A DNA stretch of 64,000 nt from Octopus vulgaris. Lineage: Eukaryota. The stretch is from assembly GCA_951406725.2 (NCBI GenBank), contig OX597815.1, forward strand, positions 13,640,001 through 13,704,000. Reading direction: 5' to 3'. The notes under the pieces are model-generated. The model saw only the letters and a list, made by a program, of their open reading frames with translations. It was not told the DNA's origin and made no database searches. A program made the translations under genes and the position numbers. The first letter of the stretch is position 1; each line of letters opens with the position of its first letter. Shown in pieces: positions 1-13,171 of the stretch.

Positions 1-37
1 TGATTTCAATAACAATAAATAAATAAATGTAAATAAA

Positions 38-423
38 GGCGCAGGAGTGGCTGTGTGGTAAGTAACTTGCCTACCAACCACATGGTTCTGGGTTCAGTCC
101 CACTGCGTGGCATCTTGGGCAAGTGTCTTCTACTATAGCTTCGGGCCGACCAATGCCTTGTGAGTGGATTTGGTAGACGGAAACTGAAAGAAGCCTGTCG
201 TATATATGGATATATATATATATATATGTATGTGTATGTATATGTTTGTGTGTCTGTGTTTGTCCCTCTAGCATTGCTTGACAACCGATGTTGGTTCGGC
301 AAAAGAGACCGATAGAATAAGTACTGGGCTTACAAAGAATAAGTCCCGGGGGTCGATTTGCTCGATTAAAGGCGGTGCTCCAGCATGGCCGCAGTCAAAT
401 GACTGACACAAGTAAAAGAGTAA
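38..423 (+). mobile_element. tRNA-derived SINE, family 1 (internal (TA)n/(TG)n tract)
   Basis: A-box TGGCTGTGTGG and B-box GGTTCAGTCC, then CTTGGGCAAGT, an internal microsatellite, and a tail ...GGCCGCAGTCAAATGACTGA...GTAAAAGAG. Six further full copies in the window. Flanked by an imperfect TAAATAAATAAATGTA direct repeat. Confidence 0.9.
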
Positions 424-451
424 ATAAATAAATGTATAAATAAGTAGGATA

Positions 452-960
452 TTCGGTTTAGAAAATGTGCCAAAGCAACCTCGAAAAGAAGAAAACTATT
501 TAAGAGTAACAATATCGCACTAGATAAAAAAGATGAAAGAAGAGAATTAGACCCAAACTAGACATACAAATACTTAGGAACCAATGGAATACAAACGGTG
601 CAACATAAACAGATGAAAGAGAAGGAAAGAAGGAAAGAAGGCGAGTTTGATTAGTACTTAGAACCGAACTAAAAACAAGATAACGGGTAAAATTATTCTA
701 GTGGTCCTGTATAAATTGGTTACAATATTCTTAATTGGACACTAATTGAACTAACAAAACCAGACAAGAAAACAAGAAAAATTGACAGAAGTCAGAATGA
801 GTTATTCAGAATCTGACATAGAATGTTTATATTTGCTACGAATTGCAGGCAGTAGGTACTTTTTACAACTAGACAATTACTATAAATTATGCAACTTAAG
901 GATTATAGAAATATGTAAAGCAGAAGCAAGGTAAACTTATACAAACAACCACAAAGCAAC
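452..960 (+). mobile_element. Decayed R4/Dong-like non-LTR retrotransposon fragment (RT C-terminal part)
   Basis: Frameshifted translation gives FGLE-CAKAT...RELDPN*TYKYLG...ILNWTLIELTK.DKKTRK...SDI, the post-RT motif order of R4/Dong elements. Confidence 0.65.
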
Positions 961-1016
961 AACAAATCAATCATCCTCTCAATCATCTATATAGATAGAT
1001 GTATAGATATATTTAT

Positions 1017-1021
1017 AGATG

Positions 1022-1057
<36 letters not shown>

Positions 1058-1130
1058 CATACATACATACATACATACATACATACATACATACATACAT
1101 ACATACATACATACATACATACATACATAG
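1017..1130. repeat. Compound (TAGA)n/(TACA)n microsatellite
   Basis: Directly visible. Confidence 0.95.
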
Positions 1131-1450
1131 ATATGTTGACGCAAGGAAGATTCAATCGATGTAAAGTAATATATATATTCGTCCTGTTCTATTCTTATTT
1201 GTGTAACATCGTCCGTTTTTCCGTCCTTGTTTTGTATACATTCGAGGCTTTCTTCCAAGGAATCTAATGCGCTTGGCTTAGATATTCCTTTGGGGCTGGC
1301 CAGATTGGAGCAATCTCAAGATTAATCAGCCGAAATTGCGAGGATGATCCGGTTCTTGACTGAAGATTGAAGGCTTCGAATGTCCCGTCCGTGTTTTTTT
1401 GTATCGTTTTCTAAATGCTTTGCCTTCTTGTCCCAGTTTGTATTTATATA

Positions 1451-1507
<57 letters not shown>

Positions 1508-1577
1508 GCCATGCTGAAGCTGAAATTTACAAGATTTTGTCATTCTCTATTTTCTCGTATTCCTTTTCTCTTATTCC

Positions 1578-1614
1578 GTTCTGTTGTGGAGCGTAGGCTC
1601 GAAACATAAAAAGA
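1578..1614 (+). ncRNA. Degenerate variant minimal hammerhead motif in a short PLE-like repeat
   Basis: CTGTTGTGGA-GCGTAGGCTC-GAAA-CA-TA. Homologous to the minus-strand copy at 27121-27156, including about 80 nt downstream. Confidence 0.45.
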
Positions 1615-2067
1615 CTATTTCATTTTCCCTAGCCTGGAACTAATACTCTTGCTTGTTGTTCTTACAACTGTCTTCGTTTTTTTCTTTTATATAAAGTTCA
1701 ACAATGTGCGTGTTGGTGCAAGGAATATTCAATCATTGTATGAGGTTATATATACTCATACACACATGATGATAATCCTCTCTTTTATACGTTGTTATAA
1801 TTGGTTATGACACGTATGAAACGTTGGTGTTTGTCCCGAAAGGAAATCATACATATAACCGATTTGTTATAATCTCTCATTCGCTTATTTTTGCATGTGT
1901 CTAGAATTCATACAATATTTATGAAAAGAAAGACGATTTATCATATACTTGGGATAAATTTTCCTAAAGATTTTAGATATCATCTGAATAAGAGTCAAAA
2001 CGTATGAAAATAGTATTTCATTTAAACAATATTTTATTCAAACAATATATATATAGCGGTCGAGTGT

Positions 2068-2117
2068 TCGCGACTGACGATGGGCAGAAATATCCCGAAA
2101 CCGAGACGATCTCGCGA
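2068..2117 (+). ncRNA. Type I hammerhead ribozyme motif (slightly degenerate)
   Basis: TCGCGA-CTGACGA-t-GGG(cagaaatat)CCC-GAAA-ccgagacg-ATC-TCGCGA. Stem I is the self-complementary TCGCGA; stem III has a mismatch. Confidence 0.6.
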
Positions 2118-4310
2118 TCCCATTGTTTGGTAGAGGATGGTAAAGGTTCGATCCCCTATTTAGAATCTATACAGGGTACAGTTTGCACTAATAACTAGCC
2201 CGCTGAAGTTCTGCCCGGGGTTAAAACGGTAGCAACATCGAACAGCCATATTAATGTGGCGATATACGTGGTCTGATCAATAAGTATCCTGACTGTGTTG
2301 CCAAGCTAATGTACCGTCTCTTTTTGGCAATCAAATTCTAAATGCTGCGGTATAGCTTCTTAATATACTACGAAAAATAATCTCAGGACTTTGATTACAT
2401 AGTCACCACCATGCTGAAACTTCAGATTTCGAACAATCCCTGTGTAATAGCAGCTTTCTAGGGTTCCCAATTATCCAGAGGGGTTCATAAGAATGGATTT
2501 CAAAATGCATGTCTGTTCGACAGGAAACAATTATAGACCTGGAATTCTCTTAATCCGTGCTTCTCAGTATGCTAAATAGTAGAAATTCACCAAAGTAACA
2601 TATTCTCTCAAAACACATTATGCACACACACGAAACTCATTAGATATATATTAGATATATCATGATACGCTTCAAACAACCATCTAGTATTCGCATTCCG
2701 TTTGACAATATACGAAATACACAGTAAATGACCTTGACTATATAACCCGAGTTCTTATATAACATTTCGTACCTTAGCCTTTCTTCTCTAATCATAATGT
2801 TCAATTTGGTTTTCTTCTATAATCATAATATTTAATTTGGTTTTTGTTAATGGGGTACATTCACGATGCAATTATCCGCAAACGCAAAATTAGAATCATT
2901 CTAAATTTATACACAATCGTATCCTAAAGTGATACACATACATACAAAATCGTTCTACTGTGATTTACTACTTAATTTTTACATATCAAAAATCATCACA
3001 GTGTAGATGTATAGATATAACATTTAACGTCTTAGATATAACTTAGATTTAAGTGTTGGTGCATTTTGATACGGCAGAGAAAATACTAATTCCACAATAG
3101 CCAAGTTGTGGAACAAAATATGTCATCAAAACGCCTACACTCAGGAGTCTCACAACCGATTATATGTATGAGGGTCTTTGTGGGAGGTTAACGTGTTTTA
3201 CTCCATCTTTGGTTCCTGAAATGTATTTATTAATATAAACAAGCACAGTTTACCTCTAGAAGACAAAATTTCTCACTGATGTTAATATAGTAGCCTACTA
3301 AAAATTAATAATGTTAAGGTCGTGTATTCTTGCCATGAAAACGATTCCCAAGTTACATAGTACAACGCACAGCACACATTTATTTAACGTATACTCAACA
3401 GCAAACGAGCACTATAGTATTTTTTCCTTAACGTAACATTTAATGCCCCTCCCATCAAAAAGGTAAAATCTCTCAATCTTTCACTTCTGTCTGATGTTTG
3501 CTGTATGTGTAGAATTCTACTGAATTAGCAGAGTTAAAAATGCACGAAACCACCACATGAAAACCCTACTTCTTAGAAACAACAGGTAAAAGAGATTATT
3601 TGGGAAGGAACTTCCCCGCTTTCCAAAGAGATAAAAGTGAAAGATTAGTGTGTAGCGTTTTGAAAGTAGTCATGTGATGGGTAAAATTCTTAAAGATTCG
3701 TACACTATTTTTCTGCAGGGATTACAAGGAAAAACATTTCAAGAAAGTGATAAATAAATTTGGTGCGGAGAGGGAGAAAATAAAAATATTCAGAGCGTGT
3801 TTCGTGGGTGAAAACCTAATCTCCTGTATCGCAAACATAGGAATCGGAGGAAAGTTAGGAAAAAAATAAGGAGTGGTGAGCGGAAATGCCACCTCAGCCA
3901 TGCTGGGAAGAAGAGATAAATGAAAAGGATTTCTTCGAAAACTCCCTTTTAAGTTTATATCGAAGATTCGATTTTTCAATAGGTTCATAACAAACAGAAA
4001 TTACACAATAGCTGTACATTTGTAAGAACGAGTTGTTCAGTCAAAAATATAGTTTATTTGGTAGACAGATAAGAAGCAGCTTTCTTTATTATAATACAGA
4101 TGTGACTAATTCGGAGAAACATTACTTTCATTATTCACACATTGTCACTCTCGTAATCCAACACTTTGTAATTGTGGTTCAAATTGAAAGTGTGAAATTA
4201 TTTTCACTTTTAATGAAAGTTGGTCATTGCAGAAAAGTGTATTTCAAATAATTATAGTTGATTGTTGATATAACGTAGAAAATATGTAAATGAAATTAAC
4301 GTTTGACATA

Positions 4311-4520
4311 CTTTTACTCTTTTACTTGTTTCAGTCATTTGACTGCGGCCAGGCTGGAGCACCGCCTTTAATCGAGCAACTTATTCTTTTGTAAGCCCAG
4401 TACTTATTCTATCGGTCTCTTTTGTCGAACCGCTAAGTAACGGAGACATAAACACACCAGCATCGGTTTTCAAGCAATGCTAGAGGAACAAACACAGACA
4501 CACAAACACACACACACACA

Positions 4521-4587
<67 letters not shown>

Positions 4588-4770
4588 GTATGTATATATA
4601 TATATACGACGGGCTTCTTTCAGTTTCCATCTACCAAATCCACTCACAAGGATTTGGTTGGCCCGAGGCTATAGTAGAAGACACTTGCCCAAAGTGCCAC
4701 GCAGTGGGACTGAACCCGGAACCATGTGGTTGGTAAAGAAGCTACTTACCACACAGCCACTCCTGCGCCT
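4311..4770 (-). mobile_element. SINE family 1 copy
   Basis: Reverse-complement match to 38-423. Confidence 0.92.
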
Positions 4771-4774
4771 CCTG

Positions 4775-5072
4775 CATGTGTAATTGATTTGGTTGTTCTG
4801 ATCTTAACATCAGTTGGTAAGTATTGAAGTAATCTGCCGAAATCGTTTTTGTTTGTAATTGACTCACCTGTTGCAGGTTCAATCTGTGGAATATTGAAAT
4901 GATACTCATCATGTCCATTCCACAGAATAAGAGGGTACTGGAGAGCATCATAAGAGGAATGAGTCTGTGAAACACGTTTAAGGTTGTTATCTCGAACACG
5001 AGAATATCATGATTTTCATAGGGATCACCAACCATAAGGATAGCTACTTCATTAGACGTGGGCTCATTAAAA
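4775..5072 (-). mobile_element. Helitron Rep/helicase pseudogene fragment
   Basis: Frameshifted translation FNEPTSNEVAILMVGD...RDNNLKRVSQTHSSYDALQYPLILWNGHDEYHFNI...YQLMLR matches the Helitron RepHel N-terminal pattern (PT.NEVA; H.SYDALQYPL). Confidence 0.8.
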
Positions 5073-5135
5073 TAGCATAAAATGTACTTTGCTATAGTTC
5101 GCTATAGATGTAACGAACGCAGGCACACACACATA

Positions 5136-5462
5136 AGAAGCACTCCGTCAGTTACGACGACGAGGGTCCCCGCTGATATGATCAATGGAACAGCCTGCTC
5201 GTGAAATTAACGTGCAAGTGGCTGAGCACTCCACAGACACGTGTACCCCTAACGTAGTTCTCGGGGAGATTCAGCGTGACACAGAGAGTGACAAGGCCGG
5301 CCCTTTGAAATACAGGTACTACTCATTTTTGCCAGCTTAGTGGACTGGAGCAACATGAAATAAAGTGTTTTTCTCAAGGACACAACGCGTCGCCGGGAAT
5401 TGAACTCACGACCTTACAATCGTGAGCCGAATGCCCTAACCACTAAGCCACGCGCCTTCACT
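5136..5462 (-). mobile_element. tRNA-derived SINE, family 2 (head A + tail X)
   Basis: Head GGCGCGTGGCTTAGTGGTTAGGGC...GAGTTCAATTCCC. Its 3' ~185 nt are shared with 46022-46410. 14-bp TSD GGCACAC(A/T)CACATA at 5122 and 5463. Confidence 0.88.
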
Positions 5463-5726
5463 GGCACACTCACATACACTTACTTACACATACACACTCA
5501 TAGAATTGACAATATTGAAATCAGCCAGACGTAGAAACATGAAGTTCAAGTGAAACGACATATAGTCTATATAGGGGCAAAAAATCCTTTCTAATTCATA
5601 GTTTTGCTATAAAAAATGTGGAAAGTTCCAATTTAGCAAAATTTACTATGCGTTACCAATGTAACAAAATACGAAAAGTCAACATCTATGTGGAACATTT
5701 ACTAAATGTTGTAAAATTCACGATTG

Positions 5727-6065
5727 TTAGTTAGTTAGTTAATCTGGCTCAAAAGCAAATAGCAAGGCCATGTAGGAGGACATGGAGTTAAGTACAGGGT
5801 GGTGTTCATGTAAAGAGTTCAGGCCACTTGAGGTCAAGGGAGACTTTGAACAAAGCGGTCGTCGGCATCTTCACCATCTCGTCTGGCAGCTTGTTCCACG
5901 GATCCGCAACCCGGACGGAGAAAGCTCCTCTCCTTCGATTGAGATGAAATCGTCGCAGGTAGAGCTTTTTGGAATGACCCCGCAGCCGATGCCCTGGAGC
6001 AGGAGTGAAGAACAGCTCTTTCGATTGAATGAATGTCACGGCAAAGACAGTGTACGTCCAAGAAA
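5727..6065 (-). mobile_element. 5'-truncated CR1-like LINE (ORF2 C-terminus, 3'UTR and (TAAC)n tail)
   Basis: ORF 5806-6039 LRGHSKKL...AFSVRVADPWNKLP...LFKVSLD is the canonical CR1-clade C-terminus. A short tandem-repeat tail starts at 5727. Confidence 0.85.
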
Positions 6066-6674
6066 ATTCAGCAGGGATAATTTTAATTTTTTTATAGAAA
6101 AATAATTTATTTTACAATTTTGAAACGAACGCCAAAGGAATTTGCCGCTGTTGTGAAAGTTAATTCAAAACATTTGCTGAAGGGTCTGTGTAGCAAGATA
6201 CAAATTAATTTGACATTACTAAATTTTTAAAACTGTGTAACGTTGCAGGCTGTAGAATAATTAATGACTAACGCAGGTAAAAAAGGTTGTGCGACGTTGA
6301 TACTCACAGTGATGGAAAAGCATAGCAGGAATAATATCAACATTATCTTGAAACTCGTTAGAAGGAGTGGAATAACATTTCTGTAATTATATTGAAAGAT
6401 CCAATTTCCGGATTTGTTTTAATAGCCAGAATTTTTTTTTTTTTTCAGACACGTTTGCGAGTATTATGAGTGCTGTCAAATCAGCCAAATTTTTGTGTTG
6501 CTAGTACTTGAAAGTGGACGCTATTTTCCGTTTAAAATGTGATAGTTTCCTTGGTAACGATAATCTTAAATTCGGCATCTCGATTTTGGAAAGCATGAGA
6601 GACATGTGTACACACACACATACACACACACACGCATACACACACCAAGACACACACACAAACACACACGCACG

Positions 6675-6712
<38 letters not shown>

Positions 6713-6884
6713 GAAACAATGCATTGTCTAAAGATGAATAGGGTACATGTTTTTTTTTAATTTTCCTTTGATTTCTGAATTACTATTACTTGGCGGTTTG
6801 AGTCCTGGCTGCTCTTTCTAGTGGGTCGAATGGCCTATTTCAGGCCGTTCCTCAATTGTTGTTGAATATATATATATATATTTG

Positions 6885-6916
<32 letters not shown>

Positions 6917-6922
6917 TATAAA

Positions 6923-7068
6923 AGCGCAGGCGTAGCTGTTTGATGAGGAGATCAGCTTCCAACCACATATCTCCGCCGTCAATCCCACGGCCTGTCAACT
7001 TGCCATGTGTGTGTCGTTTAATTTAGCCTCAAGCTGACCAACGTTTTGTGAGTGGATTTTGCAGACAG

Positions 7069-7070
<2 letters not shown>
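6923..7070 (+). mobile_element. Old diverged SINE family 1 head
   Basis: GCGCAGGCGTAGCTG...CCAACCACAT...TTGTGAGTGGATTT aligns to the family 1 head. Confidence 0.65.
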
Positions 7071-7118
<48 letters not shown>

Positions 7119-7710
7119 ACACACACATAAAATTCCTAAAGGGATTTTATTAACATCTTCGTTCAACTCCTTTCATTTATTTATTCATCCATAACACACA
7201 AATTACTGCACATTAAACCGGAGTTTCTACCTTTGGATAGATCGCTTCAACAGAGTTTCTGTCGAGAATTTGCTACCCTGGTAACGGTTCATTGAATTTT
7301 CCGTGATAATGGTAAACATAGGATAATTCATTCACCCATCGAAATATATATATATATATAGTGTGTGTGTGTGCGCGCGATTGTGAGGGCGTGCGCGTCC
7401 GTGCCTGTGTATGTATATTTCACTGTTTGCACATAAGTCATAGACCTGAGATTTAATTAGTTTCGGAATACTGAGCACGTTGGTATTGACTACCACCTTA
7501 ATGGTAAGATACAAGAACCCATCATGTTCGGTGATTTGAAGGGGTGTTGTCTTGCCCGTTTTGTGACATTCATGTGTTTTTTTAAACACTCGTTGTTTTT
7601 AGGGATTTTTCTACAGACGTAATCCTGCACAAAATTCGGCGTATGTGCCCTCAATAAATCAATAATCCTTACATTACTAGAAATGCTCTGAATTCTAAAT
7701 TATATCTCTC

Positions 7711-8480
7711 TCTATATATAAACCGCAGTTTGTCTGTCTGTGTGTCTGTCAGGTTGTACACTCACTCTGACCACGGCTTTCAACCGATTCTGATGAAACT
7801 TGACACACACATAGCCCAATGTCATAATTCAAAACTAACGCAGCGAAAATTTTGAAATGTCCCCCCAGTTCTGAAAATAAATCGATAAATTCGACATGGG
7901 TCCGAGAATCTAAGCTTTTTAAATGCAACACATTTTCTACAGATTGTCTAGGGGACGCAACTCGACCTTTTTAACTTTCGGAACACGTGGGGTAAGTATC
8001 CCAAAATGTATAAAAATGTACAAAAACGGCATAAAAGCGGGACAGCAACGAAAAAGTCAAAAGTGACCAAACTGAACAAACGAATGGAAAAGGTTTTTTG
8101 ATGCATACGACAAAAGCGGTTTATAATAAACCAAGAGTTTGCAAGTAGCGTCCGAGGACCCTTAGGGTACGTCAAAAATTTAAGATAAAACGTTTGGGGT
8201 GGTAGTTATAAAGAAAGTGTAAACAAAAAAAGTATTCGAATAACTTGCGGCTGCAGCAGCTATTATTAGTTGGGGGTAAAGTCTCGAATGTAATTTCTTC
8301 CTGGTAGGAATTGGTTGGGTTGAATTATCGATAGCTGTTTGATAGTTATTTGGGAGTGAAGAGAAAACATTGCAATCTACACATGCGCCTTCGTTCCCTA
8401 GAGGGAAAGGACTAGATTGGGATTAGACGTTGCCTACTAGGGGCTCTTACATACCCGGGCAACGCCGGTCTATGCTGCTA

Positions 8481-8481
<1 letters not shown>
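7711..8481 (+). mobile_element. Non-autonomous Helitron
   Basis: 5' TCTATATATAAA followed by a (TGTC)-rich tract; 3' hairpin CCCGGGCAACGCCGG then CTAG, followed by T. Confidence 0.85.
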
Positions 8482-8541
<60 letters not shown>

Positions 8542-8572
8542 CAAAATAAGCGACAAGAAAACTTCGGTAATT

Positions 8573-8656
8573 TGGTACGATCGTTTCACGCTACATCATT
8601 TTATTAAATGATGTAAGTATTACAACAGTTTTAAAGTGTTGAGCAATCATCAGCCA
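8573..8656 (-). ncRNA. Type I hammerhead with intact core and branched 59-nt stem II
   Basis: TGG-CTGATGA-[TTGCT, hairpin CAACA/TGTTG, hairpin ACATCATTT/AAATGATGT, AGCGT]-GAAA-CGATCG-TA-CCA. Confidence 0.7.
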
Positions 8657-10153
8657 TTAATAGAGGCGTTCCATTCATACATAATTTTCAAATCAATTAA
8701 TAACATTATAGAGAAGGTAGATATATAGACAAATATGTCGATTTAAATTTTAAGAACATTTAGGTAGTAGAGTTTCTCAACTGACTGAAGAATATTCAGA
8801 ATATTCAGCACTGAAACTCTTACATGTCTAGAAATATCTGTGTGTGCACATACTTTTATGTATGTATATTTACACCTACGTATATTAGCGTGTACGTCAT
8901 CGTGGCGTGCACGTGAAATATATGTATTTTCTTAATCATAAGTTCGTTCGCTGATATGATTAGATACATTCACACTTACCGCATTTAAAAAACTTCTTTT
9001 TTTTATTATTTAATGTGTTCAATGGAATTTACTTACAACGGTATTTCATATCTATACGAAGGAATTATAATATACAATACACTGCAGGACAAAGAGTATT
9101 TCTTGTTCTGGAGCTATATGACAAAATACAATAGCCGATTATCCCTGTGAACACTGTTGTATACAATACTCGTAGCAGCACTGGGGAAATATATATATAT
9201 TCATATTGCAGAGAACCATTATAGAAATGCACTTATTTCTTTTTGTTTTTTACCACAATCACAACATTCTTATTTTGGCTTTACATATACACCTATCTTT
9301 TTTTTTCTTTTTGTACTTTTAAGACAAGTGATATGTTATTATCTCTCACGATATTATACAGCTATTGCTTGAAAAATAAAAGTGGCGTAATTTAATGATT
9401 GAAAAATTGTCCCAGTGTAATAAACCGTTGAATGAAGAATTATACAGAAAGCTAAAGAGTGTTCTTCAATAAATTGCCAATGTTTTATTTAATAGAATTT
9501 ATATTCTCGGAATTAAAAAAAAAAATACTGTGCTAAATACAAATTTTATTTCATGTGGGTTATTCTTTTATTATATTCTAAAATCTTAACGGAATTTATT
9601 TAATATAATAATGGCTATTTATATTTTTCCAAAATATTCTGTGAATTTCACGTAACAAGTCTTATCACCTGTGTACAGAATAATATAGCATGCTTGTTAC
9701 ACTTCATATCTACCTGAAACCATACATCCACGCCCACATTGTACTGATTCTACAGCTAAATTTTGAAATGTGAGAAAATCATATGTAATATAGTGATGGG
9801 TATATTTTGTTCAAATCATCACAAGTCAGTAAACGTCCATTAAATTTTCAGGATAAATAACAATTAATGAAAGCTTTTTGTGAGCTATAACGCAAATGTG
9901 TAATATCCTTAGTATGACAAGAAATCATGGAACAACGTACACCCTAAAAGCAAGCAATGTCACCGAAAAACCATCAATATAGTTCAAAGTGGCCTAAAAC
10001 ACCAGATTAAGCTAACTGAAAAATTCTACTGCTATTTTCACTCTGGTATCGTATTGTCCAATTGTTGTCAAGGGAATATTATTTTTTGATGGCTCCCATA
10101 CGTTTAAGAATAGATATACACATAAACATGTTCATAAATACATTCATGCATAC

Positions 10154-10207
<54 letters not shown>

Positions 10208-10220
10208 ATAAATATATGCA

Positions 10221-10255
<35 letters not shown>

Positions 10256-10426
10256 GTGTATATATATATATATGTATATATATATACACACATATATATC
10301 AGCATTCATACGCCTGTAACTGCATATGTATACGTATGTACAAACATATAGAAATGTATATTTTCACGTGTAAATACATACATATACAGACACATATACA
10401 CACACATATGTATATATATATTTCTC

Positions 10427-10471
<45 letters not shown>

Positions 10472-11129
10472 ACATATTTATATATATATATTTGTACGTA
10501 TTTATGTGTGAGTCTGTATCTGTGTATCTGTATATTAATCTGTATTCTCTGAGTTTGCGTGTATGCGTATGAGAAAGTTTATAATGCAAAAATCGTTCTG
10601 TACGCTCCAGACGATTATAGACCTGAGTTAGAATGAAACACGATAATGCACACCATTTCACAATATATAAATATACTCTTGTGCTGTAAATTGCCTATTC
10701 TTTGCGCTGCTTCTGATATATCAGCCATGTTTTAACATTTATCAAATTAATGGCAATATGCATAGTTATTCGCCTGATGTGAATTATGATGCATGTTATC
10801 TATAGTTATATATTGTTTCTTTACGGTTTTATGGTACTTGTAGTTTAGAAAACTCCCATCAGAACTAAAATAAGTTTTCTACTGCTTAGTAACTATGCAA
10901 CTTGTGCAATGTTGCCTAGAAAGTTTTATTAAGAATACAATATGTTTTAAACAAGTAAATTTAGTGTGGATTTCAGTGTTATCATTTTCATGGTATGCTA
11001 GTGAATAACCCCAAAAAACACATAAGATACATCTGAACATGAACATAGAAGAATATATGTGGGTGCCTGATGCCATATATACTCGAAATATATATGTGTA
11101 TGCATTTATATATATATATATATATATAT

Positions 11130-11183
<54 letters not shown>

Positions 11184-11301
11184 GTATATCTCTCTTCTTT
11201 CTCTCTCTATCTATCCATCTGTATATATATATGCATTTATATTTATGGATATTGATTTATATATATATACAAATACACATGTATACCCATCAGAAAGGAT
11301 A

Positions 11302-11357
<56 letters not shown>

Positions 11358-11477
11358 CATGCATATTTACATATATATACATATATATATAATGTATGCA
11401 CATATATATGTGTAATTTATACATACGTACATATATATAAAGTGAGTTGGGAAGAAACAGATAAATAGAAACGTAAG

Positions 11478-11553
<76 letters not shown>

Positions 11554-12489
11554 CAAACACACAATTAGACTGACAGGTATATAGATGCATGATTATATAA
11601 TGCTATTTACTATTGAATTGACCTTCATAAACTCCAAACCATAAAGACTAATGGTATTTTCTATATATATATATACTGTAGAATGAATTATTCTTTGCCA
11701 TTGTGTGGTCGGTACCATATTAAATACTATAAACAGATTATTTTGGTCTTAATTTCCGCATTCTTTCACAATGCGTTTGATTTTCTGTTTTTAATAAATA
11801 TATGGAACTATTTTATCCTTGGCTTTCCATTATTGTTGTTGTTGTAGTTGTCTTCACCTTTATAGTTGTTGTTCCTGTTGTTGTTGTTGTTATTAGTATT
11901 CTTATTATTATAGTCACCATTATCATCATTATTATCATCATCGTCATTGCCACCATCAGCATTATTATTAACGTAGAAAAGACTGTAAGCGTCTACGTTC
12001 CGTAAGTCGCCTCAGATATACATATTCCTCCTACAAATCTAACAGTTATACTATACAATTGTCAGTGACTTTAATCACTAAGGGAGGCAATGCTGCATTT
12101 TCCAGTATTCTCTAGGAGAATAACATTTTCTTGAACGTCACTTAGCTTGTAGTTTGAAGACAGGGTATCACTGAATAGTAAAGCAGAAGAACCAACGCAG
12201 TAATACAGGTAAAGCTGTCATCTGTCACAAGAACGTTACTCATCAAGGCCCAAATGTGACCTTATACACTTAGTTTTCTTCGGAGAAACTTATAGCACAC
12301 AATTGGATGCTAATTCTATGAAAACCAGTTTTGTTTTGTAGTAACAAACCAATGATGCTAAATATGAACTCGTATAGCAAACAACTATGACGACGGGGAA
12401 AACAACAACTTCAATAAAAAGACGACAAAATAATACCAACAATATTGGTAACAATACCATAATCGAGAAAAAGATATACTGCAATGGAT

Positions 12490-12730
12490 GATGATCATCA
12501 TCATTGTTCGACCGTGGTCGAGACAATGGAATTTACCATGCTACGCCAGACTTTCAGCTCTACAACAATGTCCAGCAAACTGGACTCTCCTACCTTTCAC
12601 AAGAGATGACACAGGTGGTAGTTTCCCATATATTTGCATTTTGGTTGGATGGCGCTTCCACGAGAGATTTTGAGCTCTCATAAGGAGGCGAGTGTAAGTT
12701 CCATCCAACCGCCTCTCAAGCTTCTAGATG
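12490..12730 (-). mobile_element. RTE-like LINE 3' end with internal deletion
   Basis: Homologous to 16757-17090, with a (TGA)n tail; about 140 nt are missing relative to that copy. Confidence 0.8.
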
Positions 12731-12941
12731 GTAGAAAATACATCCATAAGAGCAACCACAAAACAGCTGGGCCTGTGAGTAAAAAGTGTAACAAAACATG
12801 ACACCAATATCATCCCTTGCAGTATGGAAACGGAAAACAATAAGTTAAAATTTATAGATGGAACAAGAACAGTGAAGAAAATATCAACCTCAACAGTGAC
12901 AATAGCAAATTCAAAGATGGCACAATCAAAATCTAGCACGT

Positions 12942-13171
12942 TTCTTTATTGTCCACAAGGGGCTAAACACAGAGAGGACAAACAAGGACAAACAAAGGGA
13001 TTAAGTTGATTACATCGATCCTAGTGCGTAACTGATAATTTATTTATCGACCTCGAAATGATGAAAGGCAAAGTCGACCTCGGCGGAATTTGAACTCAGA
13101 ACTTAACGGCAGACGTAATACGAATATGCATTTCGCCCGGCGCGCTAACGTTTCTGCCAGCTCGCCGTCTT
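12942..13171 (-). mobile_element. tRNA-derived SINE, family 3
   Basis: GGCGAGCTGGCAGAAACGTTAGC...GAGTTCAAATTCC...GGTCGACTTTGCCTTTCATC, a central block I recall as resembling the Meta-SINE domain. 14-bp TSD AAAAT(C/A)TAGCACGT. Confidence 0.88.

Noticed and set aside
6-302. Recurrent ORF RQASFSFRLPNPLTR... (also at 4574, 27664, 43965)
   Set aside because: Antisense reading of SINE family 1, not a gene family.
4742-5035. ORF with an apparent splice donor as a host exon
   Set aside because: Better explained as frameshifted Helitron RepHel sequence.
5390-5462. tRNA genes at SINE heads (also 23201, 46340-46410, 62138)
   Set aside because: They run straight into SINE bodies with TSDs, and no complete acceptor stem is evident.
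8765-8830. CTGAAGA...GAAAC hammerhead-like string
   Set aside because: No convincing stem I or stem III; it looks like a simple imperfect hairpin.
9030-9720. Possible small minus-strand exons with AG/GT boundaries
   Set aside because: Stops in all frames of the larger candidate and no recognisable protein.
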